IMG/VR virus record: IMGVR_UViG_3300037067_007554
Location: 25,508 to 89,507 of that record
Source of the DNA: a virus
Lineage: Duplodnaviria > Caudoviricetes
Direction: 5' to 3' (one strand)
DNA: 64,000 bases
The notes beneath the pieces were generated by a model that made no database searches, had not been told where the DNA came from, and worked only from the letters and a program-made list of their open reading frames with translations. A program made the position numbers and the translations under genes. Below are positions 19,886-29,262 of this stretch, in pieces; the first letter of the stretch is position 1, and the number at the start of each line of letters is the position of its first letter.

Positions 19886-19973
19886 CCGATGGCTCGACAC
19901 GCCCCCTCATCGCCCAGTCTATCGAGGCTGGGCGAGGATGGTGTTTGTCCGCTAGCCCTTAGAGAGGTGCAAG

Positions 19974-21531
19974 ATGACTATTGAAATTATCCGACGTTAC
20001 ATCGAGGGGTCGTGCCAACAACAAGACGGCACCCTTGATACCGATGCCGCCAACAAGACACTTTGCCGGCTGACCCGAGCAGGTGACGAGGAAACCCGTC
20101 ATGCTGCCGGCCTGATGTGGTCCGCCTACTTAGCGTCAGACCTGTCAGAGCACGACGCCATGCTCCAGGTCATTCACGGAGTCTAGCGTTTACCCCATGT
20201 CCCTTAGAAGTGTCCCATGATTACGCAAGCAGTTCCCGACTACATGACCTTCCAATACTGGTACGACCTGCCAGTCAAACGGAAAAAGTGGCCCTACAAG
20301 AGCCTGGATGATTGGGTGGCGAGAAATCCAGGTCGGGCGGCAGGTGTTGCCCACTTCGCACCGCAGGTCGTTCGGTACTATACGAGTGGTACTTTTGGCC
20401 CAGGTGGAACCGGCGATGCAAACTGGCGTCCCATGGGGGCTCAACGGGAAATCACACTGGCTGAGTACCATGAGTTAGTTGAAACTCCACTTTGGGAACG
20501 TCCCGCAGTCATGCCCGTGTGGCGTGGTGCCACCGACCTGACGCCGATACGCAAGAATGGGAAGAAATCCAAGCCGATCAAGGTGAAGGTTGCCGCCGTC
20601 CACCAGGTCACAGCCGCTCGTTGCCAACCTGCGCCCATGCCGCCAGTGAAGCCGACCATCGAGCAGCGATACGCCAACTACTGCGGGGCGTGCTCGATGC
20701 TGGAGAAGCCCCCTGAGGACATGGGGGTGTGGATGCTACGGATGGCGGGGATGGGAGTGCTGTAGTTGCAGTACGTGAGACACGACAGTAGCTTACAGGA
20801 GTACCTTCCCGCCCCAGAGGGCTCTACGGAGCCCGAAGGGATGGAGAGTTACGAAACACCACTACACGAAAGGCGAGAACCATGCCCCTAAACCTGTACG
20901 AAGACTCAAAGGAAAATCGTGTGCTGTGTAACTGCTGTGCGGCCAGCCGTGGGCTGTGCAAGAACCGCCTGGACACTGCCGACGACGACGCCGAATGCGA
21001 GGACTGCGGGTTGAACGTCTTTGAGGAGCGGATCGCCGCTTGTGTTGAACAGGCGAAGGCGGCCGGATTCGAGGTGTTCACCAGCGATAACAAGCTCGTC
21101 GTACAGAAGCCGCTCCAAATCCAGAACCAAACGGCGGGATACGACAATCGAGCCGAAGCGGCCGGGCTGTAGCCGGTCCCCGCCCCGCCCGGCGAAGCAT
21201 TCAGCGGGGGCCGACAACTGAGCCCGAGTGACAACTAAGGAGGTGCGAAATGATGCACTGGCAATATGACGATGTGTATGGAAAGTATCTTGGTCATCCA
21301 ACGCCCTGCGTGGTGTTCCACGAGATCGACCCAGCCAGCGATCAACCCGGAAACGCCGGCATGGTCTGTGAGAACATCAGCCGGCCAGAATGGGGACACC
21401 TGATTGAAGCCGCCCCGCGAATGCTGGAGCGACTACGGGCGATCCTCACCGCCTACGACGCAAATGACAGCCACAGCGTCCGTGAGGAAATTGAGAATGC
21501 CCGCTCCATCGTCGCCAAGAACACCGTCTGA
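19974..21531 (+). CDS. Four hypothetical early genes: 19974-20186, 20217-20765, 20882-21172, 21250-21531
   Basis: SD-led ORFs; the last carries LIEAAPRMLERL, a common phage motif. Confidence 0.65.
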
Positions 21532-24500
21532 CGGTCCCCACCTCACCCCGGTGTGGCGCCCGGGGCCTGGCGGTGACCGTCAACGCGGGGGACAGACCTC
21601 CGCACTCGCCCGCTGAGTGAGCGGGAAAAAAAACGGGAGACGAGCCGTGAGAGTAACAATCGACGAACAGGGCCGCGGCCTGCAGATCCGACCAGGCGTG
21701 GACGTGGGCGCCTACGGTCTGGGCCTGGCTCCTGGGGATCGCGTCTGGGTGCCGCGAGCCCAAGCGTGGGGGCGAGTGGTGAGTATCGGGACCCGCATCG
21801 AGAGTGGGACGCCCGGCACCGGGCAAAGCAACCGCGTCCGAGGCGAGGTTGAGATCGAATCGTAGCGAGCCAACTCGCCCGCTGAGTGAGCGGGGCAAGG
21901 AGACGAGAGAGATGATTACTGATGAAAGAATCCGCGACATTTTGGCCCGCTGCACGGTGGACGGCAAACACACATCGGGCGGCGACGGCAAGCTGCCAGC
22001 GAAGGACCGGGGGTTCTGCCCGATCGACGGCGTGCCAGACGAGACAATCGGCGTGCAGCAAGTCCGCGATGCGATTTCCCGTGTGGTTGTGGACGGCCGC
22101 GATGATGATCGAGACATCCTCGACGCAATCGAGGCCGCCTACGATGTGGCGTGGCTCGATTTCTGCGCGCGAGAACATCCAGACTGGGTGCGATCCGCGG
22201 TGGATGACGTGTGCTTCACTGCCTCACTGTCCAACACCTAACGCCCCCAGGCACTCGCCCGGGAGACGCCGGGAAGAAGGAGATGAGACGATGAAATGGT
22301 ACGAGAAAAACGACGTGGTGGCTGAACTGGTCAAGCGATTCCCCGAAGCCGACCCCGGACCCGCAGGGCTGTGGGGATTCGTCAACGCAGGATGGGAGGG
22401 GCCAGTTGACGACAACGACCTGGACAACTGGGCCGAGGCGTGGAAAGACGCCGAGCAGGACTGGGCCGAGGCGTGGAAAGGCACCGGAGGCGGTTAGAAA
22501 CCACCCACCACCAAGCACTCGCCCGCAGAGTGGAGCGGGAAAAGGAAAGATGAGATGACGACCAAAGCGCAACTTGGAATCACCCCCGAGTTTTTGCGAT
22601 TCACGGATGCCGTAGCCTACCTGACGTGGTCTCTGAGCGGGCATCCCCCCTATCCCGCATCGGCGGCTCCGGGCCTGGCGGGGGAGGCGGTCGCCCTGCT
22701 GCCAGCATTTCGCCACTGGATGATCGCCAACGAGTGGGCAATGACGGAGGCTCAGCAACTCCGCGACATCCTCGACGTCCACCCGGAGTTGGGCTATTGG
22801 GACACGACGCCGATGTCGGCTGATGTGTTGCAGGCAATACGGATTTTTGAGTTGTCCCGAGACGATGCTGTCCGATTGCTGGGCGGCTCGCCGTAACCGC
22901 CGCAAGGCACTCGCCCGCAGAGAGGAGCGGGGCCGGCACCGGGTGACGAGGTGCAGGAGATGAGACCATGCGTAAGGTATACCGCACCGTGAAAGAGGCC
23001 CGCAACGCCCTCGCCCTGGACACCGGGTTTGACCCATTCCACACGGGCTACGTCAAAGGACGTTGCACCAAGATCGCTCTCGCGCGGCTCGGCTATCCGG
23101 TAGACAAGAAACTCGCGGAGCAACAGGCAGCCGAGCGGCGACGAAAGCTCCTGACGTCCGCAGAAGCAGAGAGCCTGCTCCGCCCAGTCGGCCGCTGTGC
23201 CAAGGGCCACATGTGGTCCGTGGACCAGCACGGGCGCGATTGCCCAGAGTGTGGCGGACCCGAGATCATGGATATGGAGTGTGACAACGGGCACAAATGG
23301 AAGGCCGCCTACAATGCCGGGCCTGAGTCCGATAAATGCCCAAAATGCGGAGAGTATTACGTGTAGCACGGTCCCCGCCTCGCCCTGGTACTGCCAGCCC
23401 GGGGCCTGGCGGTAACCGTCCGCGGTGGCGCATGACCTCCGCACTCGCCCGCAGAGTAAGTTGGAGCCAAAAAGGGGAGACGAGACGATGGACGCCACAC
23501 ATCATGGCATGACGATTCTCGCCGTGCGCGAGATTGAGACTGGACAAATCGAAACGTATGAATGTCTAAACTACGACACGGCGCGCGCTCGCAGCGGCCG
23601 ACCACGGCAACGATCCCGAGGACTGGGAGCCGGCGGAATCCGCTGAGTGATTTACGGGGTGAGAGACATGGGTAGGCCATCAAGAATATGGACACGTGCG
23701 CAACGACGACTGCTTGGTACTGTGCCCGATGCAGTCGCCGGCGCAAAACTCGGGTGCTGCGCCTCGACCGTCCGAAACTGGCGACGACGCTGGGGGATCG
23801 CCGGGTATTCCGAAGGTCCGCGTTGTACCGCCGTGACGAACGATGCGATCTTCGTTGGAATCTGGTGGTCGAGCGCGAATACTGAGGAGGTGGAAGTCCG
23901 CCTCAATCTCACCACGAGGCAGGTACGCAGCCAGAGCATCCGATTGCGCAGACATGGCGTGGTGCTAAAAGCGATGCCACGGCATCGGCGGCGCAAACCA
24001 ATTTTCTGACCTGCAAATTTCCTGAAACGAGACTCGCCCGCTGAGTGAGCGGGGCAAGGGCAAAAGGAAAACCAAACATGACTATGACGTTGTCCGACAT
24101 CCACTACAGGCTGAACACAATGCAGTCGAGCAAGCAGGCGTTCGACGTGCGAGATGAACTCATCGAGCTAACGCGGATCGTCAGCGACATGCACGCCGCG
24201 CTGGGCGACCTGTCGCGAAAGGTCGAAAGACTCACGGAAGCAGCGGCCAAAGCGTCTTGCCAATGCCCTCTGACTTAGCCCACGAAAACAGAGGTGAACC
24301 ATGCGAACGCGAGAAGAACTCCGCGAGTGGCTGTGCGGTGAGATCGTCGATGTCATGGACAGCTACGATTGCAATGAGGACTCTGCTCGGCAACACATTC
24401 GTGACATGCTCGTCGAGGGGCAGGACAGCTATAGCGACGTGACGGATGATGAGGTGCCGGTAGTGCTACGGCTAATTGAATCAGGAAGGAAAAGCGGCAA

Positions 24501-24619
24501 GAAGGGCAAGACCACCAAGCCCAAGAATCGGCACTCGTGGAATCGGAACTCGTGAAAGAATGTGAAGGAACTCAATACCAAGCACTCGCCCGGGAGAGCC
24601 GGGTAAAGGAGATGAGACG
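21531..24619 (+). repeat. Eight ACTCGCCCG-hairpin leader elements, each 5' of a small gene
   Basis: ACTCGCCCG at 21604, 21873, 22253, 22517, 22909, 23443, 24032, 24584; about 85-bp extended copies start at 21531 and 23368. Confidence 0.85.
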
Positions 24620-25009
24620 ATGAGGATACAAGAGACACGCCGACTGCGGCAGTATGCAGTCTGCCAAACAGCACAAATCCAGGCACCGATGCTGGACCGA
24701 CCCGTGACGCAACCAGAACACTGGAGTGACGAGGCGGCGGAAGCGGCCAAGCGAAGCGGCTATATCGTCTACTTTGCACTCGCAACCACTGGAGAGAGTC
24801 TCTGGGATTTCGAGCGATTCGCCCATGTCCCCATGGAGCACGCTCATCCCGTGGAGGTGCTCGACCACGTCCGAGCCTCAGCTCCGCCGTGGTGGGATGC
24901 AGACTCGGCAATCTACGCTTCGTATCGCGGAGGGCCTTGGTATCCGCGCGATTGGGATGAGGTTCTCGGAAAAATGGAAGTTCCACCCGCAATGGTAATC
25001 GACGAGTGA
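21647..25009 (+). CDS. Cassette-like small genes: 21647-21865, 21912-22241, 22291-22497, 22555-22896, 22968-23366, 23488-23646, 23668-24009 (HTH-like), 24078-24278, 24301-24555, 24620-25009
   Basis: Starts follow the repeat leader or GAGAYGAGAC/GAGGTG; proteins are unrelated to each other. Confidence 0.7.
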
Positions 25010-25066
25010 TAGGGCGTTGTCTCGGGTTGTTGGCAAGGGGATGCCGGATTCATGGGGATCGACTAG

Positions 25067-25497
25067 ATGACAAACTACCAAGAGAAACGGACCATCGAAT
25101 TGTTGGACAGCATGGCGGAATCTATCGTCATGGCGAAGCCCGGCGACCGCGATAGCTTCGTGAGGGCAGTCGCAATCCTGCACTACTTGATCTGGGAGTC
25201 CCGGAAGATTCTCGACCTGCCGGATTTCCCCGGCCTGGACCCCTTGTAAGGAAGTGCTACGGCTTATCCACTCAGGAAGGAAAAAGGAGTAATCACACTA
25301 TGACGAAATCTGATACGATCACAGTTACGCGATCAACGGACGAGGATGCCTCGGCCGTTGCCGCCCGCGCCGCGAAGAAAGCGGGGACGATGGTCGCCGG
25401 CAATTTGCGATGGTACGGTGCCAGGGGGCCAGCCTATCGAGAGGTACCCACGCGCGACGGCCGGACGGTCCGGGTCTGCGAGCCGATGGTCGATTAG
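25067..25497 (+). CDS. Two small hypothetical genes: 25067-25249, 25300-25497
   Basis: ORFs; AAGGAG SD before 25300. Confidence 0.55.
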
Positions 25498-25621
25498 TGG
25501 AATGTCGGCGGTTGCGTGGGCTTGCGTGTTAGTGTCGGTCAGTGTCGGTCAGGTCGGGCGGAACCGGTCCGCAGAGAATCGCTCGGGTATACGAAAACAC
25601 GTAGGTTTGTCCCATCCCTAC

Positions 25622-25649
25622 TTGACAGATGGTTCGCCGGTAGTACAAT
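25622..25649 (+). promoter_or_regulatory. sigma70-type promoter
   Basis: TTGACA-16-TACAAT. Confidence 0.65.
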
Positions 25650-25680
25650 AGCACGACCAGCCAACCAAGGAGCAAGTACC

Positions 25681-25869
25681 GTGGCTATTCTCGATGGCAA
25701 ACACGTACCGCCAGAAAACATTCGACCCTAGCGGCACCGACTCGTTGGCAAGTATCGGCCCCCTGAGCCGCCAATGGGGATGCCGCCAGCAATTGCCATT
25801 CCCCTCTACCATGCCGGCGTGTACGACGAGGCAGTCTACGTCAGCCAGACCAAGGAGCGAGTAAAATGA
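25681..25869 (+). pseudogene. 62-codon ORF with an internal TAG (25729-25731), or a 16-aa leader peptide
   Basis: AAGGAG plus GTG start; the frame continues past TAG to an ATGA overlap with 25866. Confidence 0.4.
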
Positions 25870-26132
25870 GTCCTAGACGACCCGACCCGCCGAGCCCAGG
25901 GCAAGAGTACATTGGCAGGCAGGGAATGTACGCGATACGTTCCCGCTATCCCGACCAGCAGACCGGCGACGAAGAGTTGATCTTTCCAGTCCGCGTTACG
26001 GCGGTGAAGAAACGGTTCGGGCGGCTGTACTTCTTCATCACGCCAGTCGGCGGGGAGAATCACTGGTGGGTCGAGGACAAGATGGTGAAGTTCTCCTGTT
26101 CGGACGAGCCTTCGACCAACGGGAAGGAATAG
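25866..26132 (+). CDS. Hypothetical protein
   Basis: AAGGAG SD; ORF. Confidence 0.65.
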   Translation: MSPRRPDPPSPGQEYIGRQGMYAIRSRYPDQQTGDEELIFPVRVTAVKKRFGRLYFFITPVGGENHWWVEDKMVKFSCSDEPSTNGKE

Positions 26133-26147
26133 GGCAATCCTTTGGAA

Positions 26148-26391
26148 GAATGATTCAAGAGCGAGGAAGTTGGGTAGGCTAAAACACGGCGACCGGCCAA
26201 GTCTGCAAATCGCTCAGAGAGCCGCTGGGCGAGAAACGGACGCAGTACGCCACCGGCTTGTTAATCCGGCAGTCCCAACTTTCTCGCTCTTGAATCAATC
26301 GCCCGGCTGCACTCGGGGAACTAAGGCCCTTAAAGGCTGATTGGCGCTACACACCTCGCGTCTCAGCTACCGTGCAGTCGGGCGTTTTTTT
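26148..26391 (+). ncRNA. Candidate structured RNA: two consecutive long stem-enclosed domains ending in T7
   Basis: 23-bp inverted repeat 26152-26174/26274-26296 and 13-bp inverted repeat 26300-26312/26372-26384, each with one G-U-compatible mismatch. Confidence 0.45.
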
Positions 26392-26401
26392 GGACCATCC
26401 G

Positions 26402-26623
26402 ATGCCAACTACACAAACATCCGCTGACCTCATGCCGCCAAAGGTGCCTCCTCTAGTTGCTACCAACTGGCCAGAAGACATCCAACGACTGGGCGATGCG
26501 ATTGCAAAGTTGTCGGTCGAAAAGGCTCAAGAGTTGAAGGCGTATTTGGAAAGTAAGAAGATCGTGACGCCGGCAAGGGTGACCGAATCATGCAACGGGA
26601 AAACAGCCCCATCCAACTCGTAA
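26402..26623 (+). CDS. Ribosomal protein bL12 (L7/L12) N-terminal-domain-like protein, no C-terminal domain
   Basis: WPEDIQRLGDAIAKLSVEKAQELKAYLE fits the W..DI..LGD.I..L....A.EL..YL pattern I recall for Planctomycete bL12 N-termini. Confidence 0.6.
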   Translation: MPTTQTSADLMPPKVPPLVATNWPEDIQRLGDAIAKLSVEKAQELKAYLESKKIVTPARVTESCNGKTAPSNS

Positions 26624-26916
26624 AGTCTTCCATCAAGGCCCTCAAGCAGGAAGGCTTCAAGGAGGACTCTGGCACGTACAGGGCCCGCCTTCTGTATGCT
26701 CGAACCGTTGTGAAGAAAGACGATAGCGTGGAGATTCAATTTGCCCAACGGTCAACCTTCGACAGGTGGACTAACAGCACAAACTTCCGCGTGACCATTG
26801 CAGCAAATTACAGAGGCCCCGTCAATCTCAAGCCCGCTGTGACACTAGCTCGAAGAATCTGTCGGTCCGGTGTCTTCGACTTTAACACCTACTTTCACAC
26901 CATCGACCTTAGCTGA
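26590..26916 (+). CDS. Hypothetical protein
   Basis: ORF overlapping the previous gene. Confidence 0.6.
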   Translation: MQRENSPIQLVKSSIKALKQEGFKEDSGTYRARLLYARTVVKKDDSVEIQFAQRSTFDRWTNSTNFRVTIAANYRGPVNLKPAVTLARRICRSGVFDFNTYFHTIDLS

Positions 26917-26960
26917 ATCAATTCAATTGAATCAGCCCTCCGACCCTTACGGAGCCCCTC

Positions 26961-28061
26961 ATGACGGTGCAGCCCCTCGTCAATTACAACCGCATCGAGC
27001 CAACGGACGCCTCCCCGCTGCTGGCCCTGCCTTTCGGCGACTTCTCCGGCGCTCTCTATCAGCCGTTCATCGCGTACTCCGTGTCCTATCGCCACACCGC
27101 CGCCCAGCGAACGCTCCCCTGGATTCGCAGCATGAACCGCGATACCTTTCCCATGACGACCGAGGAGACGGTCCGCTGGCTGAAGGAAAAGCACAACGTT
27201 CACGCCAACGGCAAAGAAATCGTCCGATGGGAGGAGGCCGCATTGAACTGGGTTCGCCCGATAGGGACAACGGCCTGGCCGTACATCCGCGTGTCGGAAC
27301 GCAGGTCAAGTTTCAGTGGAATCTCCCTAGAGACGCAGCGAGCGGAAATTGTCCGGTACTACGCCAGACGATTCACGGACGGGACGATCGGCATGGGGCC
27401 TGTATTCTCCGACCCGTCCGTCAGTGCCTCCAAGACAGAGTTCCGCCATCGACGCGGCGGCATGGCCCTATCGCTGCTGATACGACCCGGAGATCACATC
27501 CTTTTTGCGAGACTGGACCGTGGGCTGCGGTCTGTTTACGATGCCTCCGTGTGCTGGCACGAATACTGGCAACCAAAGAACATCACGCCCCACTTTCTCG
27601 ACCTTGGCATCGACCTGACGACGGCCCATGGGCAACTGGTCTTCAACATCATGGTAGCCGTTGCCCAGAGCGAGAGCGATATCAAGTCAGAGCGGATGAA
27701 GGGCATCGTCAAGACGATGAAGGAAAACCACCGTCCCATGGCCTACGCTCCACTGGGCTGGAAGAAACAGGGGCAGGGCAAGAACGCTCGCCTGGTAAAG
27801 GATGAGCCCACACGGGTCATCATGCGGGAAATTTACCGCCTTCGCGAAGAGGAGCACAAGTCCTTCTGGCAGATCAGCGACATCATCGAGCAACGCATCT
27901 GCCAGTTCGCGGGTCGCCTCTACACGAAGTCGGCATGGCAACCTAGGCTGTGGAACTACAAGCGGTGCGAGAAGGCATGGTTCAGGTGGGGCGAGATTCT
28001 TAGGGATGAGTACCTGCGAGTCCCTGCGTCAGAGAAACCGCCGGCGATAGAGGGGAGTTGA
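26961..28061 (+). CDS. Serine recombinase (resolvase family) with about 100-aa N-terminal extension
   Basis: YIRVS catalytic motif, SLETQR, D..VSA, RLDR..R, E...KSER, APLGW. Confidence 0.85.
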   Translation: MTVQPLVNYNRIEPTDASPLLALPFGDFSGALYQPFIAYSVSYRHTAAQRTLPWIRSMNRDTFPMTTEETVRWLKEKHNVHANGKEIVRWEEAALNWVRPIGTTAWPYIRVSERRSSFSGISLETQRAEIVRYYARRFTDGTIGMGPVFSDPSVSASKTEFRHRRGGMALSLLIRPGDHILFARLDRGLRSVYDASVCWHEYWQPKNITPHFLDLGIDLTTAHGQLVFNIMVAVAQSESDIKSERMKGIVKTMKENHRPMAYAPLGWKKQGQGKNARLVKDEPTRVIMREIYRLREEEHKSFWQISDIIEQRICQFAGRLYTKSAWQPRLWNYKRCEKAWFRWGEILRDEYLRVPASEKPPAIEGS

Positions 28062-28790
28062 CTCTTCTTCTGCCCTGCCAGCAAGAACCGGCACCGTCTC
28101 TGCCTCGCGATGGTAGAGGGCATCGGCATCTTCTGCCGTGCGTCCCCAGGGTAGGTCCGGGTACTCAATGATGTTTACCTGGCACGTTACCGTCACCGCA
28201 ATCTGCAAGGGCGAGACGGAGATGATTCGGTCAAGAGCAAGTGCTGGAGGGACAACAGTAACGGTCACTGCCAGAGGATTCAAACTGACAGAAACCGCCT
28301 TGGTAATCGTGGGCTGAACAATAGTTGCTGCGATTAGCAGCGGTGAGACAGAGACCGAAACCCCCACCGCAATCGTCGGAGGAACAACAGTAATAACACA
28401 AGGCAATGCCGCCAGCGAGACCGTCGTGCCTACAGAGACCGTCGGAGGAACGATAGTCGCTTGAATCTGAACAGGACTTGGGGTGACAGTCACCCCGACG
28501 GAGACGGCCGGGGGGACCACGGCGATTGCCAGGGAGACTGCTGGCAGGCCAACCGTGGTCCCCGCCGAGACCGCTGGAGGAACAACTGCAACGGCTAACG
28601 GCATGGGAGGCGACGAAACAGTCACCCCTACCACAATCGCAGGCGGGACTACCGTGGCTTGAATCGCCACGGGGTCTGGTGTGACCGTCACGCCGACCAA
28701 GATTGCTGGCGGTACAACGGTGACCATAATCGCAATCGGGTCAATCCCGAGCGATGCAGTGACGCCAGTCCCAATGTACCACCACCACAT
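28029..28790 (-). CDS. Val/Pro/Thr repeat protein (about 9 x 21 aa), putative virion fibre or decoration protein
   Basis: Repeated ..V.VVPP.V.VG.TV unit. Confidence 0.6.
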   Translation of the reverse strand: MWWWYIGTGVTASLGIDPIAIMVTVVPPAILVGVTVTPDPVAIQATVVPPAIVVGVTVSSPPMPLAVAVVPPAVSAGTTVGLPAVSLAIAVVPPAVSVGVTVTPSPVQIQATIVPPTVSVGTTVSLAALPCVITVVPPTIAVGVSVSVSPLLIAATIVQPTITKAVSVSLNPLAVTVTVVPPALALDRIISVSPLQIAVTVTCQVNIIEYPDLPWGRTAEDADALYHREAETVPVLAGRAEEESTPLYRRRFL

Positions 28791-28804
28791 GGGCCAACCC
28801 TACA

Positions 28805-29251
28805 TCACGCCTGGGCGAGTTGGAACATGATGGTCACCTGAAACGCCCCGCCACCAGTTGCCACAGGCAACAAGCCGCCAGAATCCGTGTCGATGTAGGC
28901 CACCAGGATGTCATCGGCTGGCGTGGCATCACTGCCACCCACCTGCTGGTAGACAATGATGGCTTTGGCCGTCTGCCCAGCAGCTACGTTGCCGAAGTTG
29001 ATGGTATCGCAGCCCAACTCTACCCGGTCGTTGGGGTCATCCTGAGTGACGGTGGGAGTTGCCAGCGTCTGCCGGGAGTAGCCAGCCGCCGTCAGTTCCA
29101 CGAGCCCCGTCAGGTCAGCCACGTCAACGTGGTCCGGGTCGGGCGTATAGGCGGAGGTGCTCCGCTCCAATAACGCCCGAAAGACACTGGTTTCCCAGTT
29201 GATGGTTTTACTAAGGCCAGTCGCAAAGGCCGTATAGAGGATGTTCGCCAC
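28805..29251 (-). CDS. Putative virion structural (tail-associated) protein
   Basis: ELT..GYSRQTL...D.I.F..V..G.T.K..I.Y..L.AYID pattern typical of phage minor structural proteins. Confidence 0.6.
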   Translation of the reverse strand: MANILYTAFATGLSKTINWETSVFRALLERSTSAYTPDPDHVDVADLTGLVELTAAGYSRQTLATPTVTQDDPNDRVELGCDTINFGNVAAGQTAKAIIVYQQVGGSDATPADDILVAYIDTDSGGLLPVATGGGAFQVTIMFQLAQA

Positions 29252-29262
29252 ATTATTCTCCT

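Larger units (their letters stand above)
10861..26440 (+). repeat. Dispersed co-oriented motif RTGCCGCCA(G), 19 copies
   Basis: Copies at 10861, 11137, 11374, 11473, 11639, 11954, 12451, 12543, 12688, 13250, 14013, 14474, 14672, 18698, 19308, 20044, 20637, 25780, 26432. Confidence 0.8.

Noticed and set aside
21604-24619. CRISPR array or integron attC interpretation of the ACTCGCCCG repeats
   Set aside because: Spacing is 260-590 bp and filled by intact ORFs; no cas genes; no attC RYYYAAC/GTTRRRY boxes and no adjacent integron integrase
4493-25731. Genome-wide stop-codon reassignment (TGA or TAG)
   Set aside because: Many genes end in TGA or TAG with tight ATGA/TGATG coupling or are followed directly by leaders; the two internal stops involve different codons
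26253-26269. CCGGC-TTGTTAA-TCCGG resembling a tRNA-Asn anticodon arm
   Set aside because: No acceptor stem or T arm in register
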